Below, piece by piece: positions 63,795-64,000 of a stretch of DNA of 64,000 nucleotides (positions within the stretch are counted from its first letter, which is position 1; each line of letters starts with the position of its first letter). The position numbers and the translations under genes are program-made. The stretch is taken from positions 57,290,001 to 57,354,000 of the forward strand of contig NC_087437.1 of NCBI RefSeq assembly GCF_036321535.1. Direction: 5' to 3'. The DNA comes from Camelus dromedarius (Eukaryota). Under the pieces are notes generated by a model. It did no database searches, had not been told where the DNA came from, and saw only the letters and a program-made list of their open reading frames with translations.

Positions 63795-64000
63795 GTTTTT
63801 TATTTTATCTTATTTTATTTTTGAAGTATAGTTGATTTACAATGTTGTGTTAATTTCTGGTGTACAGCAAAGTGATTCAGTTATACACATATATATTCTT
63901 TGCCATTGTGGTTTATTAGAGGATATTGAATATAATTCCCTGTTCCATACAATAGGACCTTGTTGTTTATCTATTTTCTATATAGTAGTTTGTGTCTGCT
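63795..64000 (-). mobile_element. Cetartiodactyl-type L1 3' end running off the window
   Basis: ttttgaagtatagttgatttacaatgttgtgttaatttctggtgtacagcaaagtgattcagt; antisense homolog of 38956 and 53741 copies. Confidence 0.92.

Noticed and set aside
1..64000. CRISPR arrays, operons, tRNA/rRNA genes, CpG-island promoter
   Set aside because: Mammalian DNA with no repeat-spacer array, no RNA-gene signatures and no CpG island seen.

Overview
AT-rich, CpG-poor eutherian (mammalian) genomic DNA. I found no protein-coding exon, tRNA/rRNA gene or CpG island that I can support, so this is intergenic DNA or the interior of a long intron. Roughly half is recognisable interspersed repeat: old L2 and MIR, old L1ME/MC/MD/MB, L1MA9-type and cetartiodactyl-type L1 3' ends, one young L1 3' end with a readable ORF2 C-terminus, solo LTRs (MLT1, LTR16, MER21, MER110-like, two ERV1 LTRs with 4-bp TSDs) and hAT/Tigger MITEs. 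The young L1 3' UTRs and the absence of Alu, B1/B2, Bov and PRE SINEs point to a camelid or related cetartiodactyl (inference). The ORF track is spurious apart from L1/L2 remnants. Family names come from my recollection of consensus sequences, not a database search, and boundaries of old repeats are approximate. I cannot claim a new biological system here. The best leads are: an unrecognised ~90-bp repeat present twice (50.4 and 53.7 kb), one copy nested in an L2 and split by an L1; a MER41-like LTR with STAT/AP-1 motifs; a recursive-splice-site-like junction at 41377/41378; a double hairpin at 6.5 kb; and several micro-rearrangements inside repeats.
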